Below, piece by piece: positions 1 through 12,100 of a stretch of 64,000 bases of DNA. The DNA lies in NCBI GenBank assembly GCA_964016885.1, contig OZ024741.1, forward strand, positions 351,912,001 to 351,976,000, read 5' to 3'. The position numbers were made by a program, and so were the translations under genes. This DNA comes from Eledone cirrhosa (Eukaryota). The notes beneath the pieces were generated by a model, which was given only the letters and a program-made list of their open reading frames with translations, was not told the origin of the DNA and ran no database searches. Position 1 is the first letter of the stretch. Each line of letters starts with the position of its first letter.

Positions 1-36
1 ATATATATATATAATATATATATAATATATATATAT

Positions 37-103
<67 letters not shown>

Positions 104-123
104 ATATATATATAATATATATA
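1..123. repeat. (AT)n microsatellite
   Basis: Imperfect AT dinucleotide run. Similar tracts at 4684-5197, 6167-6500, 6805-6940 and many other places. Confidence 0.95.
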
Positions 124-546
124 TCATCATCATCATCAACGTTTAACGTCCGTTTTCCACGCTTGCATGGGTTTGGACGGGGGTAGTCCCACTTGAGGCA
201 AGAGTGATTGTCTTGCTCGCATAGGACTGTCTGGCAGGTTTTCTACAGTTAGATGCCCTTCCTAACACCAACCACATTTACAGTGTGGGTCTGGGAGGTT
301 TTTACCGTGTTGCCTACATGGCCACATTACAGCGTGGACTGTGTGTTTTTTTGTCGTGACACCTACACGATCTCATTTGTTTCGGCCTGGATGGTGTGAC
401 ACCAACATAACTTTACATAGGAGGGGGTGGTGTGGATGGGGTGGGGGTGGTGGGACGGGGGTGTATTTTGTTAGAGATGCCTACTGGCTGTAGTAGGTTT
501 TACTATGTATTTAGTTAAGGCGGGTCTTCTCTATTACTGAGTACCG

Positions 547-2998
547 CTAAAGGTCTCGGTCCAGTGACATTGTCTTGGAGAGGTGTAAGTGTGTGAGGTC
601 GTAGTTTATCAGCTCGTCCCAGGTTTTTCTAGGTCTGCCTATTCCGTGGCTACCGTCTATCTTTATTGCCCTGCACTTTGTTATACAGCTATCGACTTTC
701 ATGCGCATCACCTGTCCATACCAACGTAGCCTTCTCTCGAGTAAACAACATCTGATCCCTCTTATTTCTAATTTTTTCCTTAGTTCGTTTATACATTGCC
801 GTTCACGTATATTACTATTACACATCCAGCGGAGCATGCAAGCTTCGTTCCTCTCTAGTCTGCGTATATCCTCTGCACACAATGCCCAGGTCTCACTGCC
901 ATGCAACATTGCTGTTCGTATGCAGGCATCATACAACCTGCCTTTCATTTTTAGGGAGAACCCTTTAGCGGCTAATAGTGGTATAAGCTCTCTGAACTTT
1001 TTCCATCCAGTTCTGACTCTAGCTACTGTACTTTGAGAGCACCCTCCTCCACTGCTGATTTTGTCACCCAGGTAACGGAAGCTGTCCACTATTTCTATAG
1101 AGCCCTCTGCGCAGTTGTAAGAGCTAGTATTTCGTGGGCACTTGCTGCTACTTATTGCACCAGAGCACCGCCAACATGTAAAATCTATGTTCTTAGTTAG
1201 CTTACCTGTGATCCCACTACATCTTTTATGCACCCATACTTTGCATTTGGGACATAAAATGGAGTTTCTATCTACGCCTTTCCTACACACTGAGCATGGC
1301 CATTTCCCGGAAGGGACCGCCGCCTTATTTTCTTTCCTACAAACTAGAACTTTAGTCTTAGCCAGGTTAATTTTAAGGCCTTTTGATTCCAGGCCGTGCT
1401 TCCATGTTTGGAATTTCTTCTCTAGCTCGGCCATTGATTCCGCTATGAGTGTCAGGTCGTCTGCGTATAGGAGTTCCCATGGGCAGCCGGTCTTGAACTC
1501 CTCTGTTATAGCCTGAAGGGCAATAATAAATAGTAGGGGGCTAAGAACAGAGCCCTGATGGACGCCAACTTTTACGCTAAACTCTTCACTATATTCGTTG
1601 TTAATTCTAACCTTGCTGACTGTTTCTTTATACATGGCTTGTATAGCTCTCACAAGCCATTCGTCAACACCTAGTTTTCTAAGGGCCCACCAGATAATGG
1701 AACGGGGTACTCTGTCGAAGGCTTTCTCCAAGTCAACAAAAGCTAAGTAGAGGGGTTTACCTTTAGCTAGGTATTTCTCCTGTAGTTGACGTACAATGAA
1801 AAGAGCGTCTGTGGTACTTTTGCCTGACACAAACCCGAACTGCATTTCATCTAGGTCAATTTTCTCTCTGATTAGTTGCGCTATTACTTTTTCCGTGACC
1901 TTCATGACCTGGTCGATTAATTTAATGCCTCTATAGTTACTCCTATCTAGGGCATCTCCTTTACCCTTATAACAGTTAACGATGATGCTGCTATGCCAGT
2001 CCTTCGGAACAACCCCATTCTGTACGACTTGGTTAACTATCCGGGTGACCATGGTGTGTCCCACCGTGTCAGATGCCTTCAGCATCTCAGCAACTATTTC
2101 CGAAGGCCCAGCCGCCTTACCCGTCTTCATATCCTTGATTGCCTTACTTATTATACTACCCTCGACTAACACTGCTGGTCCCTCTATTGGATCGATGTGG
2201 GGGAGACTGTCTTTCTCCCATTTATTCTCCTCATTTAGTAGCCTTTCATAGTGACACTTCCAAGCTACCTTCTTATCAGCGTCGGTGATGGCAAGTACGC
2301 CGTCATCATTAAGTACACACTTCTCCCCGACAATATCACGGTTTTCCTTGCCACATTGCCTAGCAATCCTGAACACCTCACGTTTTTGGTCCTCGCGTTG
2401 TAGAACATGCTTGAACTTTCTTTCCTCTGCTTCCCTTCTTGCGAAGTACACTTGTCTCCTAGCTTCCCTCCTGGCCACTTGATAGTCTTCTCTACTTCCC
2501 CCATCCCGCCATACTTTCCAAGCCTGCTTTTTGGCCTTAATTGACCCCTCCACCTTACTGTTCCACCACCATGTTACTCTCCTCCTGCCAACAGGCCTGC
2601 TCCAGCCACAGACTTCGTCTGTCGCCATCAGCAGGTTTGCTTTCAGAAATTCCCACTGTCCCTCTATATTGTCCGACTCTAAATGCTCTTCCTTACTGTC
2701 GAAAGCATCAAGTAATATGCTTTGAAATTTATTTCTGGCTGTGGGGTCCTTTAGCTTCCATATTTTTCTCCTGAGGATAGTCCTCTTCAGCTGTCGAGTA
2801 CGTCTCGTCCTGACTATGAGGTCGCTAATTATCAGTCTATGTTGGGAGGTGCATTCTTCATGGGCGAGGGATTTAGTGTTTACAACAGACACTCTGTCAC
2901 GTCTTCTGGTAAGGATATAATCTACCTGGCTTGTGTGTTCCCCGGATCTATAGGTGATCAGGTGATTGTCACGTTTTTTGAAGTTAGTGTTACAGATA
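547..2998 (-). pseudogene. RTE ORF, 3' part: end of APE endonuclease plus RT with internal PHD-type finger
   Basis: ORF track 547..3045; the first ~15 aa come from the inserted Tx1 tail. The stop at 547-549 is a TGG>TAG change about 12 codons early compared with the copy at 35.4 kb. Confidence 0.88.
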
Positions 2999-3831
2999 TA
3001 TTTCTTTATTAGCCCAAGGTGCACAAAAGAAGGGGACAAATACAAAGGGGGAAGTTTACATACAATAAAAACGTGTAAAATGTTATCACAGATGGAATTT
3101 AAAAGTTAGTCGATTTTCCCCAATAGAGGGAGACAGTTTATATGGGTAACACATACCCCCGAAAAAAATGTGCAACCCTCATCTCCAGGAGTACGAAGAG
3201 CTTGTACTCCTTTCCTCTCCTCCTCCTTTTCCTCAACCTACAGGCTGATATAGAGAGAAGGCCCATTCACTCGGGCCATTCTCGCCACTTTCACCCACCT
3301 TTCATAAAACTTGCTGGGGTACAGCACCTCTCTCTCCATCCTGATTCTTCTTCCAAAGTGGTATTTGAAAAAAAGAATCAGTTGTTGGCCGGAGAGAAAG
3401 GTGTCTGACCTCAGCCCTTTCAACCTTGTCCACCATACAACCTCTTTCGCCATAGCTATCACACAAAGGAAAACTGCCTCTCCTTCGTTTTTGAAGGAGG
3501 GTGGCGGTTTGATCATGACAATGGACTCGGTGGTCAACTGGATTGGTCCCACCCGCGACAATAGTCGTTCTACATAGCCCCACAGGTCAGTGACGCCCGG
3601 GCAGTGTATGAATGCGTGCGCGACGGTTTCTTCGTCTCGCACGCACCTCGGACAGATCTTTTTTGCAGGGTCCCTGCCCGGGCGCCCATGTCTGTAGAGC
3701 TTGTCTCGAACTGGTAGAGCTCCTCGGTAGCACTGCCAGGCCAGGGACTTTTGGAAGTTGTCCATCGGTCCCGGGCGGAAGGTCCTACCGAACAGACTGG
3801 CCAGTTCATCTTCCTCTACGCCTAGAGTTTC
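2999..3831 (-). mobile_element. 5'-truncated Tx1-clade (L1 group) LINE inserted in the RTE
   Basis: Encodes the C-terminal CPRC...ETVAHAFIHC finger, closely matching 12358-12931. Ends AATAAAGAAATA on the minus strand. 13-bp TSD AGTGTTACAGATA at 2986-2998 and 3832-3844. Confidence 0.92.
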
Positions 3832-4395
3832 AGTGTTACAGATAGTTAGGTTATTTGCGTCACAGAATTCCAGGATTCTGGAGCCTTCCTCATTTCTAGT
3901 ACCAAACCCATAGCCTCCATGGATTTCGTCGTAGCCGTCACAATGTTGTCCAACGTGACCATTTAGGTCGCCTGCAATAATTATATAGTCACTGTCGGTT
4001 ATTTGGGAGGTAGTGAGCATCAGTGTCTCATAGAATCTGTCTTTTATAGTGCCGGGCAGTCCGGATTGGGGTGCGTACTCAGATATTACTGTCACCGTAG
4101 TTCTATTGAGGACAAGTCGTATTTTAATTATTCTGTCGTTCACTCTATTTACGTCTATTATCTTATCTGCCCACTTTTCTGTTACCATGATTCCTACTCC
4201 CCCCAGCCCATCGTCGTTTCCCACCCAGAAAAGCTTATAACATCGTTTTTTACCCTCAATGAATCTAGCAGACCCACCCCTCCACCTGGTCTCTTGAATA
4301 CAACAAACATCGACCTCCTTACGTTCAAGCATTTCTACAACCTCGTTAGCGCGACCCTTTAAGGTGCCTACATTTATGGTACCAACTCTGAAGTT
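3832..4395 (-). pseudogene. RTE ORF, 5' part: N-terminal APE endonuclease
   Basis: Reads NFRVGTINVGTLKGRANEVVEMLERKEVDVCCIQETRW...NNLTICNT, in the same frame as 547..2998. Removing the insert plus one TSD copy (846 nt) restores about 1000 uninterrupted codons. Confidence 0.88.
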
Positions 4396-4696
4396 TTAGA
4401 TTGTGTTTGGAGGGTGGGGGCGGTGGGGGGCGGGGGGAGATGGGGTTATGTTACCCATCCGCGGTCGAAACATTGAGGAGTGCTCGCATTCTCGTCCACG
4501 AGGTGAATTTGTCTTTATCTTTGGCATTGTCGCTGAGCGTCCAGATTTTTCTCTCTCTTCCACTCTCCAGGATTCCGCAGTCCATCCATCATATATCGAA
4601 AGGCAACCAGGCAAGTGATAGTATAGGCCTCTGGCTTATGATTGGTCCGCGTAATAATAATGGTGATGCGTGGGGGCTCTGGCATATATATATAAT

Positions 4697-4838
<142 letters not shown>

Positions 4839-5053
4839 TATATATATATAATATATAATATATATATATATATAATATATATATTATATATATATATAAT
4901 ATATATATTATATATATATATATATATAATATATATATTATATATAATATATATATTATATATAATATAATATATATATAATATAATATAATATAATATA
5001 TATATTATATATATATATATATAATATAATATATATATATATAATATAATATA

Positions 5054-5096
<43 letters not shown>

Positions 5097-5130
5097 ATAT
5101 ATATATTATATATAATATATATAATAAATA

Positions 5131-5192
<62 letters not shown>

Positions 5193-5197
5193 TATTA

Positions 5198-6166
5198 TCT
5201 ATATATATAAAACTGTGGTTGTCTGTCTGTCTATCGATTTTTGGCACACATCTCCTCTTAGAATCTCTGACGGAATTGCACCGAAATTGCTATACTTGTA
5301 CATTGAGCCCTAGCGAAGACATCGGAAAAAAAATATTTCAAATTGACCCACCCTATGTGACGAAATCGAATATAATGTATCGATTTTTGAGCGTAAGTTA
5401 TCAGTTATTTCCCTTTGTTCTGTTTACATTGAGCGTCTTACGTAAAAAATTACGCTGGCTTTCTCAGCGTTTAAAATGACATTAACACAATACACGAACA
5501 GTTGTCGAGCCAGCAAAATATTGACCTGCAAAATTCATCAGTTCGAACACTAAGCTTCCGTTTTGCTTCATTTCCATTTAAAAGCATTTTAAAACAATAT
5601 TTTTACTTGAAAACAAGTCTATTTAAAGACTATGTAAAACAAGCAAATATTTCGTCGTTAGGCGTGCAGACAGACAGTCGTGCAGAGAGGTGATATACGC
5701 GTGCAGACAGACAGTCGTGCAGAGAGGTGATATAGGCGTGCAGACAGACAGTCGTGCAGAGAGGTGATATAGGCGTGCAGACAGACAGTCGTGCAGAGAG
5801 GTGATATAGGCGTGCAGACAGACAGTCGTGCAGAGAGGTTATATAGGCGTGCAGACAGACATAACTGATAATTTGGTTACGCTAATGTTTTTCTCTGCGT
5901 TGCAGTGTTTACATTTTCGATCTTTGTTAATAAATAACCAGTGCAGTTTCTATCCCCAGCATCCTCTTTTGTTATAACATTCGGGTTATCGTTATGTTTT
6001 CTTAACTTCATAAGGCATATTGTTGGTTGAGGGAATATTAATCAAAAACACCACATGCAAGTCTGCACAGTAGACACTACAGTTTTTAAGCCAAGAAAGA
6101 AACTTAACATTGTAACTTTAACACAGCTACTTAGCGACCCCGAGCAACGCCGGGCTTTACTGCTAG
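5198..6166 (+). mobile_element. Non-autonomous Helitron-like element
   Basis: 5' end TCTATATATATAAAAC...GTCTGTCTGT. 3' hairpin CCCGAGCAACGCCGGG followed by CTGCTAG. Sits between A and T. Termini shared with 60804-61856 and 62888-63802. Confidence 0.75.
5661..5861 (+). repeat. 37-bp minisatellite, about 5.5 copies, inside the Helitron-like element
   Basis: Unit GGCGTGCAGACAGACAGTCGTGCAGAGAGGTGATATA starts at 5661, 5698, 5735, 5772, 5809 and partially at 5846. Confidence 0.95.
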
Positions 6167-6296
6167 TATATAATATATATAAATATATATATATATATAT
6201 AATATATATAATTATAATATATATATATATATATAATATATATAAATATATATATATATATAATATATATAATTATAATATATATATATATATATA

Positions 6297-6377
<81 letters not shown>

Positions 6378-6589
6378 TAATTATAATATATATATATATA
6401 TAATATATATAATTATAATATATATATATATATATAATATATATATATATATTATATATATTATATATATATATATATAATATATATATATTATATATTA
6501 TATGTAGGAGGTGAGTTTTATTGTAGTACAATAAAGCAATGCAGATATCGGATAAGAAGCACTCTACAGTTTGTAGGACTGGAGTATAC

Positions 6590-6805
6590 ATAATATAAGA
6601 TCAAAAGATGGTTAAAGGAGTTCCATGTATTTTATTATGCGCATTTCAAAAACAAACATCATCATGCAATAATATTTGTGTTTTCATCAGATAAAAACAC
6701 AAATCTGATGAAATCACAAATATTATTGCATGATGATGTTTGTTTTTGAAATGCGCATAATAAAATACATGGAACTCCTTTAACCATCTTTTGATCTTAT
6801 ATTAT
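6590..6805. repeat. Near-perfect ~102-bp-arm inverted repeat
   Basis: Arms 6590-6692 and 6703-6805 with one mismatch and a 10-nt loop. Confidence 0.93.
6626..6701 (-). ncRNA. Type-I hammerhead ribozyme motif
   Basis: Minus strand reads uguguuuuuau CUGAUGA [16-bp helix II with GU pairs, GCAU loop] GAAA ugcgca UA auaaaauaca. Helix III is the palindrome AUGCGCAU; helix I is 6+4 bp. Confidence 0.65.
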
Positions 6806-7112
6806 TATATATTATATATATATATATAATATATATATATATATATAATATATATATATAATATATATAATAAATATATATATATATAGATATAATATAT
6901 ATATATATAATATATATATATATATATAATATATATATAGTAATAATAATAAAATTGAAGACTAAATTTCAGAAGATCCCGTTAAGGGTGAAAGCAGCGA
7001 TTCTTTGATTAAACTTTAATCTGTTATTTTAATAAATTAATATATATATTATATATAATATATATATTATATATAATATATATAATATATATATATATAT
7101 ATAATATATATA

Positions 7113-7420
7113 TCATCATTTCATTTTACGTCCGCTTTTTCCCTGCTTGCAAGGGTGGGACGGGAACTGATTTTGGCTTGATTTCTACAGCTGGATGCCC
7201 TTCCTAACACCAACCTCATTTACAGTGAGTGCTGGGTGCTTTTTTGCCGTGGCACCTGCACGACCACTTTGCAGTGGAATGATATGGACCCCAGTCCCTA
7301 TCATCTCATTTCTACAGCTGAGTAAACTGGAGCAATGTGAAATAAAGTGTCTTGCTCAAGGAAACAACACATCACCCGGTCTGAGAATTGAACTCACAAC
7401 CTTTCGATTGCCATGTGCCT
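7113..7420 (-). mobile_element. tRNA-derived SINE (family B, CORE-like body, RTE-type tail), head partly deleted
   Basis: Nearly identical to 61860-62206. B-box-like GAGTTCAATTC, body CCTTGAGCAAGACACTTT, tail GCAAGCAGGGAAAAAGCGGACGTAAAATGA. Confidence 0.78.
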
Positions 7421-7440
7421 ATATATATATATATATATAT

Positions 7441-7668
7441 AGACACTTTATTTCACATTGCTCCAGTTTACTCAGCTGTAGAAATGAGATGATAGGACTG
7501 GAGTCTCTATCATTCCACTACAAAGTGGTCGTGGAGGTGCCATGGAAAAAAAGCACACAGCACTAACTGTAAATGAGGTTGGTGTTAGGAAGGGCATCCA
7601 GCTGTAGACATCAAGCCTGAATCAATTCCCGTCCCCAAAAAGCGGACGTAAAATGATGATGATGATGA
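7441..7668 (+). mobile_element. SINE family B, 5'-truncated, inverted relative to 7113-7420
   Basis: AGACACTTTATTTCACATTGCTCCAG...AAAAGCGGACGTAAAATGATGATG. Confidence 0.75.
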
Positions 7669-8459
7669 TATATATATACACACATATATCTATATATACA
7701 TACACACATATATCTATATATACATATATACACACACATATCTATATATCATCATCATTGTTTAACGTCCATCTTCCACGCTTGCATGGGTTTGGAGATA
7801 TATACATATATATATATACACACATATCTATATATACATACACACATATATGGTGGCTGCCAACTCGTTTTCGAGTACGGCCACTACTTTATATCCATGT
7901 AGGAGAACACCTACCAATGCGCTGAACGAGTGTGAATTTTTAGGTCAGCCAGCGACTTGAAAACTCTGGTACAAACACTACACCTGTGACAATTATTGAC
8001 ACATAGTGCTGGGCCCATGGTACCATGTGACGACAAGTGCAGAGAGATCTCCAGATATAAAGCAATGCCTGTGCCGTGAAGCTTTTATAGTGAGCAAAGG
8101 CACTGCACAAAGCCAGTCCCACTCTCTTAACCAAGATGATATTTACCAAAAAAAAGAACAAGTCAACATCATTGGATACCATCAGGGTTGCAGGTGTTAT
8201 ATCAGAGTTTTCCTTCACCTAGAATTCTGCCTTGACAAAGGCTAAGGGGTCATCTTTCCCAGTGATTTTGGATGGCCATTGACTCTTAAGAGCTCCTTTG
8301 CCCGTTGACAGGTTTTGTTTTTAGTCCTGCAGGATGTCCCAAATCACCCTCCTCACCAAGAAACCTTGATCGGGTTGCCAGTTTAGTCGCAAACGACCCG
8401 ACCATGAGACAGGTTGTACTGGGATACATGTTACCAGTAGCACCAACTGGTGGCCTGAC

Positions 8460-8958
8460 ATATCTATATATACATATATATATACACACATATATCTATA
8501 TATATATATATATACATACACACATATATCTATATATATATACATACACACATATATCTATATATATACATACACACATATATCTATATATATATACATA
8601 CACACATATATCTATATATATATATACATACACACATATATCTATATATATATATACATACACACATATATCTATATATACATACACACATATCTATATA
8701 TATATACATACACACATATATCTATATATATATACATACACACATATATCTATCTATATATATATATACACATACATACATATCTATATACACACATATT
8801 TATATATATATATACATACACACATATATCTATATATATATACACACATATATCTATATATACACACATATCTATATATATATATACACACACATATATC
8901 TCTCTCTATATATATATATATACACACACATATATCTCTCTATATATATACACATATC

Positions 8959-9002
<44 letters not shown>

Positions 9003-9032
9003 TATATCTCTCTATATATATATACACATATC

Positions 9033-9064
<32 letters not shown>

Positions 9065-9136
9065 TCTCTCTATATATATATACACATATCTATATATATA
9101 TATATATATACACATATATCTATATATCTATCTATA
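8460..9136. repeat. Compound (TA)n/(CA)n/TATATC microsatellite that continues at 13161-13433 beyond the Tx1 insertion
   Basis: Repeated ACACATATATCTATATATAT-like units on both sides of the Tx1 copy. Confidence 0.9.
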
Positions 9137-12100
9137 TGCACAAATTACAAACAAAAATCCTCCCTCCCCACAACAAAACGAAAACACGCACAAGAACAAC
9201 AGACAAAAACTAACACAACACAACAAAAATATTATACATACATAAACACTGACAATAAAACCTTAATGGAGGTCATCTCCAAAAACCCTTCCGTGGAAAC
9301 CGAAGGAAAATATTTTACCAAATGTATAGACAAACCTAATTTAAGGATGATTAGGGTCCCTACGGACACCTATAAGTCCTTAAAGGAAAACTTTGCCGAG
9401 GACGTGGGGAATACATGTGTTAAACCAACGAACCGCATCCTCTTGAAACGTTTCCCCTGCCCCACCCCACCAGACACCTCCTCCCCACCAAACATCTCTG
9501 TCAGGAACCACCATCCTACCAAACAACCCCTCCAACACGCCCATTGACATTGTGCAGCCTGGTCTCCAGGAAGCGAGGAGGTAAGTGAATTATCTCCTCT
9601 TTTTTCTAACTCTTCCTCTCCAACATGGCCAATATAAGAGTCGGATGTGTGAATGTGCGCGACCTGGGGATGCTCTGAAACAGAGCAAACTCTTAAATGA
9701 CCTCAGTTCGCACAGTATGGATGTGGCAGTCATTTGTGAGTCCAGGATCCACAGCAAGCGGCAGCTGGTCCCTCTCTTCAACGACTTTGAGATCTACGCA
9801 TCTCTCTGTCAGCCAGAAAGTGGGGGTGGGGTTGCCGTTTTGCTGCGGAAACACCTGGACCTCATAACACAGATGGTACATCTGGACCCGGAGGGTCGAC
9901 TGGTGGTCCTAGACGTCAGCAGTAGTGAAGGTGGAGCCGTCAGACTGGTGGCCGTATATGCCCCATCCGTGACATGGCGGCCAGTGAAGTCGCCAGTGAC
10001 AACTGGAGACTTTTCTGGGAAGGTCCCGTTTCTTGCTTTTAGTGGGGGACTGGAATGGAATCCTAGATGCACGTTGGGATTATGTGGGAGCATGCCCCGA
10101 TAGAGGGAGGTGTAACAGCCTCAAACAGTTAATCGGCCGATTTCAAATGGCCGATAGATACCGACTAGATTTCCCGACTGCTCCACTGTGGACGAACCAC
10201 AGCGGGACATCTAGATCGTACTTAGATAGGTTTCTAATTAGAGATACGGATAGGGACATATTAAGCTGTCCACACATGTTCATGGTTGCCTATTCAGATC
10301 ACAAACTAGTGACCTGCATAGTCAACCTTGATAGAACCCATAGGCAGGGACCCGGCTACTGGAAGCTAAACCTGTCGTTACTGACGCGTAAAGCATACAG
10401 TAGTCGGATTAGCACTTTAGTTAAGCAACAGTTGATGGGGCCATCGTCAACAACAGGTGGTGGTGATATCTCAAGAGAGCAATTAGATTAGAATCGATAG
10501 GCTTTAGTAAAGAACTAGCGTTAGATAGGAACGAGACTGAAAAGGAACTAGTAGATAAAGTAGAAGAGGAGATTAGAAGTGGCAGCGTAGCTAACGTACT
10601 AGCGACAAGAACAACCCTGAACCAGTTCTTTGACGCAAAGCACGAAGGCTGCGTTGTCAGGAGTAAAACACGTGCTCTGGGAAACGAGGGAGCAAAAGCT
10701 GTTAGCTGGGTCCGAGTGACAGAGACGAAAGTGGCAACAAGTCCATGATTTGGTCTTTGAAGGACCAAGACGGACGCGGGATACTTGAACCGGAGCAAAT
10801 ATGTGCGGTCTCTCAGTGGCACTTTGCACAACTATTTGGGCAGGGCGTCGCGCCAGGAGGGGCTATGGATTTTGATCCATACCTCGACAGCCTGCCGCTA
10901 CTCTCAGACGGGGAGGCGAAGTTCTGTAAAAAGCCGATTTCAGCTGCTGAGATAGGAGACGCGCTGAGCCAATGCGACAAACGCAAATCGCCAGGTCTAG
11001 ACGGTCTACCCTACAAATTTTACGTAGCAATGCCGGACTTGTTCTCCGGTCTCCTCGAAGTGGCAGCAGAATGGGAGAATTCCCAGTTCTGTGACCAAGG
11101 GCGTAGTCACGCTAGTCAGGAAGGACGAAAACAAGAGGGACGACATTAATACCTTAGGCGCATAACTCTGCTAAACACAGAGTTACAGATTTTGGCCAAG
11201 GTGTTAGCAAAGAGGCTGGCGCTTGTTGTCGAAAACCTGGTGGGAGAAGCGCAGAGATGCGCAATCCCGACCAGGTCCATACTCAACAACCTCCACCTCA
11301 TGCGATACATCGTAGAGAGGGTAGGGTGTGAATCCGGCTTTGTTGGGGCACTGACAAATTTGGATCAGTCTAAGGCATTCGATAGAGTCGACCATCATTA
11401 CCTGGATGCGGTGCTCACGGCGGCAGGCTTCGGACCCGTGTTCAGGGGCTGGATTGCTGCCATGCACAGCAGCAACATCTGCTCAAGGGTCAAGGTGAAT
11501 GGCTACCTCTCGGAGCCGTTCCAAATCAGGCGATCCATCCGACAGGGATGCCCTCTCTCCTCCCTTTTGTACGTACTGACTCTCGAGCCACTACTGCAGA
11601 AGTTGGAGCTACTGCAGGACATCCCGTTGGAACCGGGACTGTGAAAAGGTTTACAGGAGCGAAGCTGAACCGGGACAAGTCTGGCGGTTTGCAACTCAGA
11701 TCGTGGAGAGGCAAACCGATGCCTTCCGACTGCGTCATTGGACGCTGGACGGAGGGACCGGTGAAGCTGCTCGGGGTCTGGTTCGGACCGGACCTCCAGG
11801 TGGAGAAAAACTGGAACGAGGTGATGGCCAAGGTGTTTGTGTTTGCCCAGAAGTGAGCCGATTGCAAACTATCCTTGAAAGGTCGAGCGGCGGTGGCGAA
11901 CGCTTTCATAGCGTCCGTCATCTACTACCGCTTGACCGTCGTGCCTTGTCCAAGTAAAACGCTCACCAAAATGGAGCGCGCGCTCTTCCAATTCCTTTGG
12001 AAGAAGCGGGCTTCCTTTGGTGAGAAGATCCATCTGGTGTCAACACCCTTCAAACAGAGTGCTGGGGATGCGTGGCTGACGATGCACAAACACGCACTCA

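Larger units (their letters stand above)
124..4682 (-). mobile_element. Near full-length RTE-clade LINE (family A) interrupted by a Tx1 fragment
   Basis: Minus strand shows an APE endonuclease (VGTINVGTL, CIQETRW, AGDLNGHVG, QVDYIL, SQHRLI) and RT motifs (FVDLEKAFD, GVHQGSVLSPLLF, YADD, FRYLG). The C-terminus has RRLRWYG and GRPRKTW, followed by a ~400-nt 3' UTR ending GGACGTTAAACGTTGATGATGATG. Confidence 0.93.

Noticed and set aside
5661-5861. 37-bp repeats of CRISPR-like length
   Set aside because: They are head-to-tail with no unique spacers, in a eukaryotic context with no cas genes.
7850-8460. Higher-GC segment resembling a retroelement UTR
   Set aside because: I could not assign a family, ORF or ribozyme fold by eye.
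8305-9547. Long ORFs rich in Y/I/H/T, and similar ones at 6163, 13099 and 14457
   Set aside because: These are translations of AT/CA microsatellites, not proteins.
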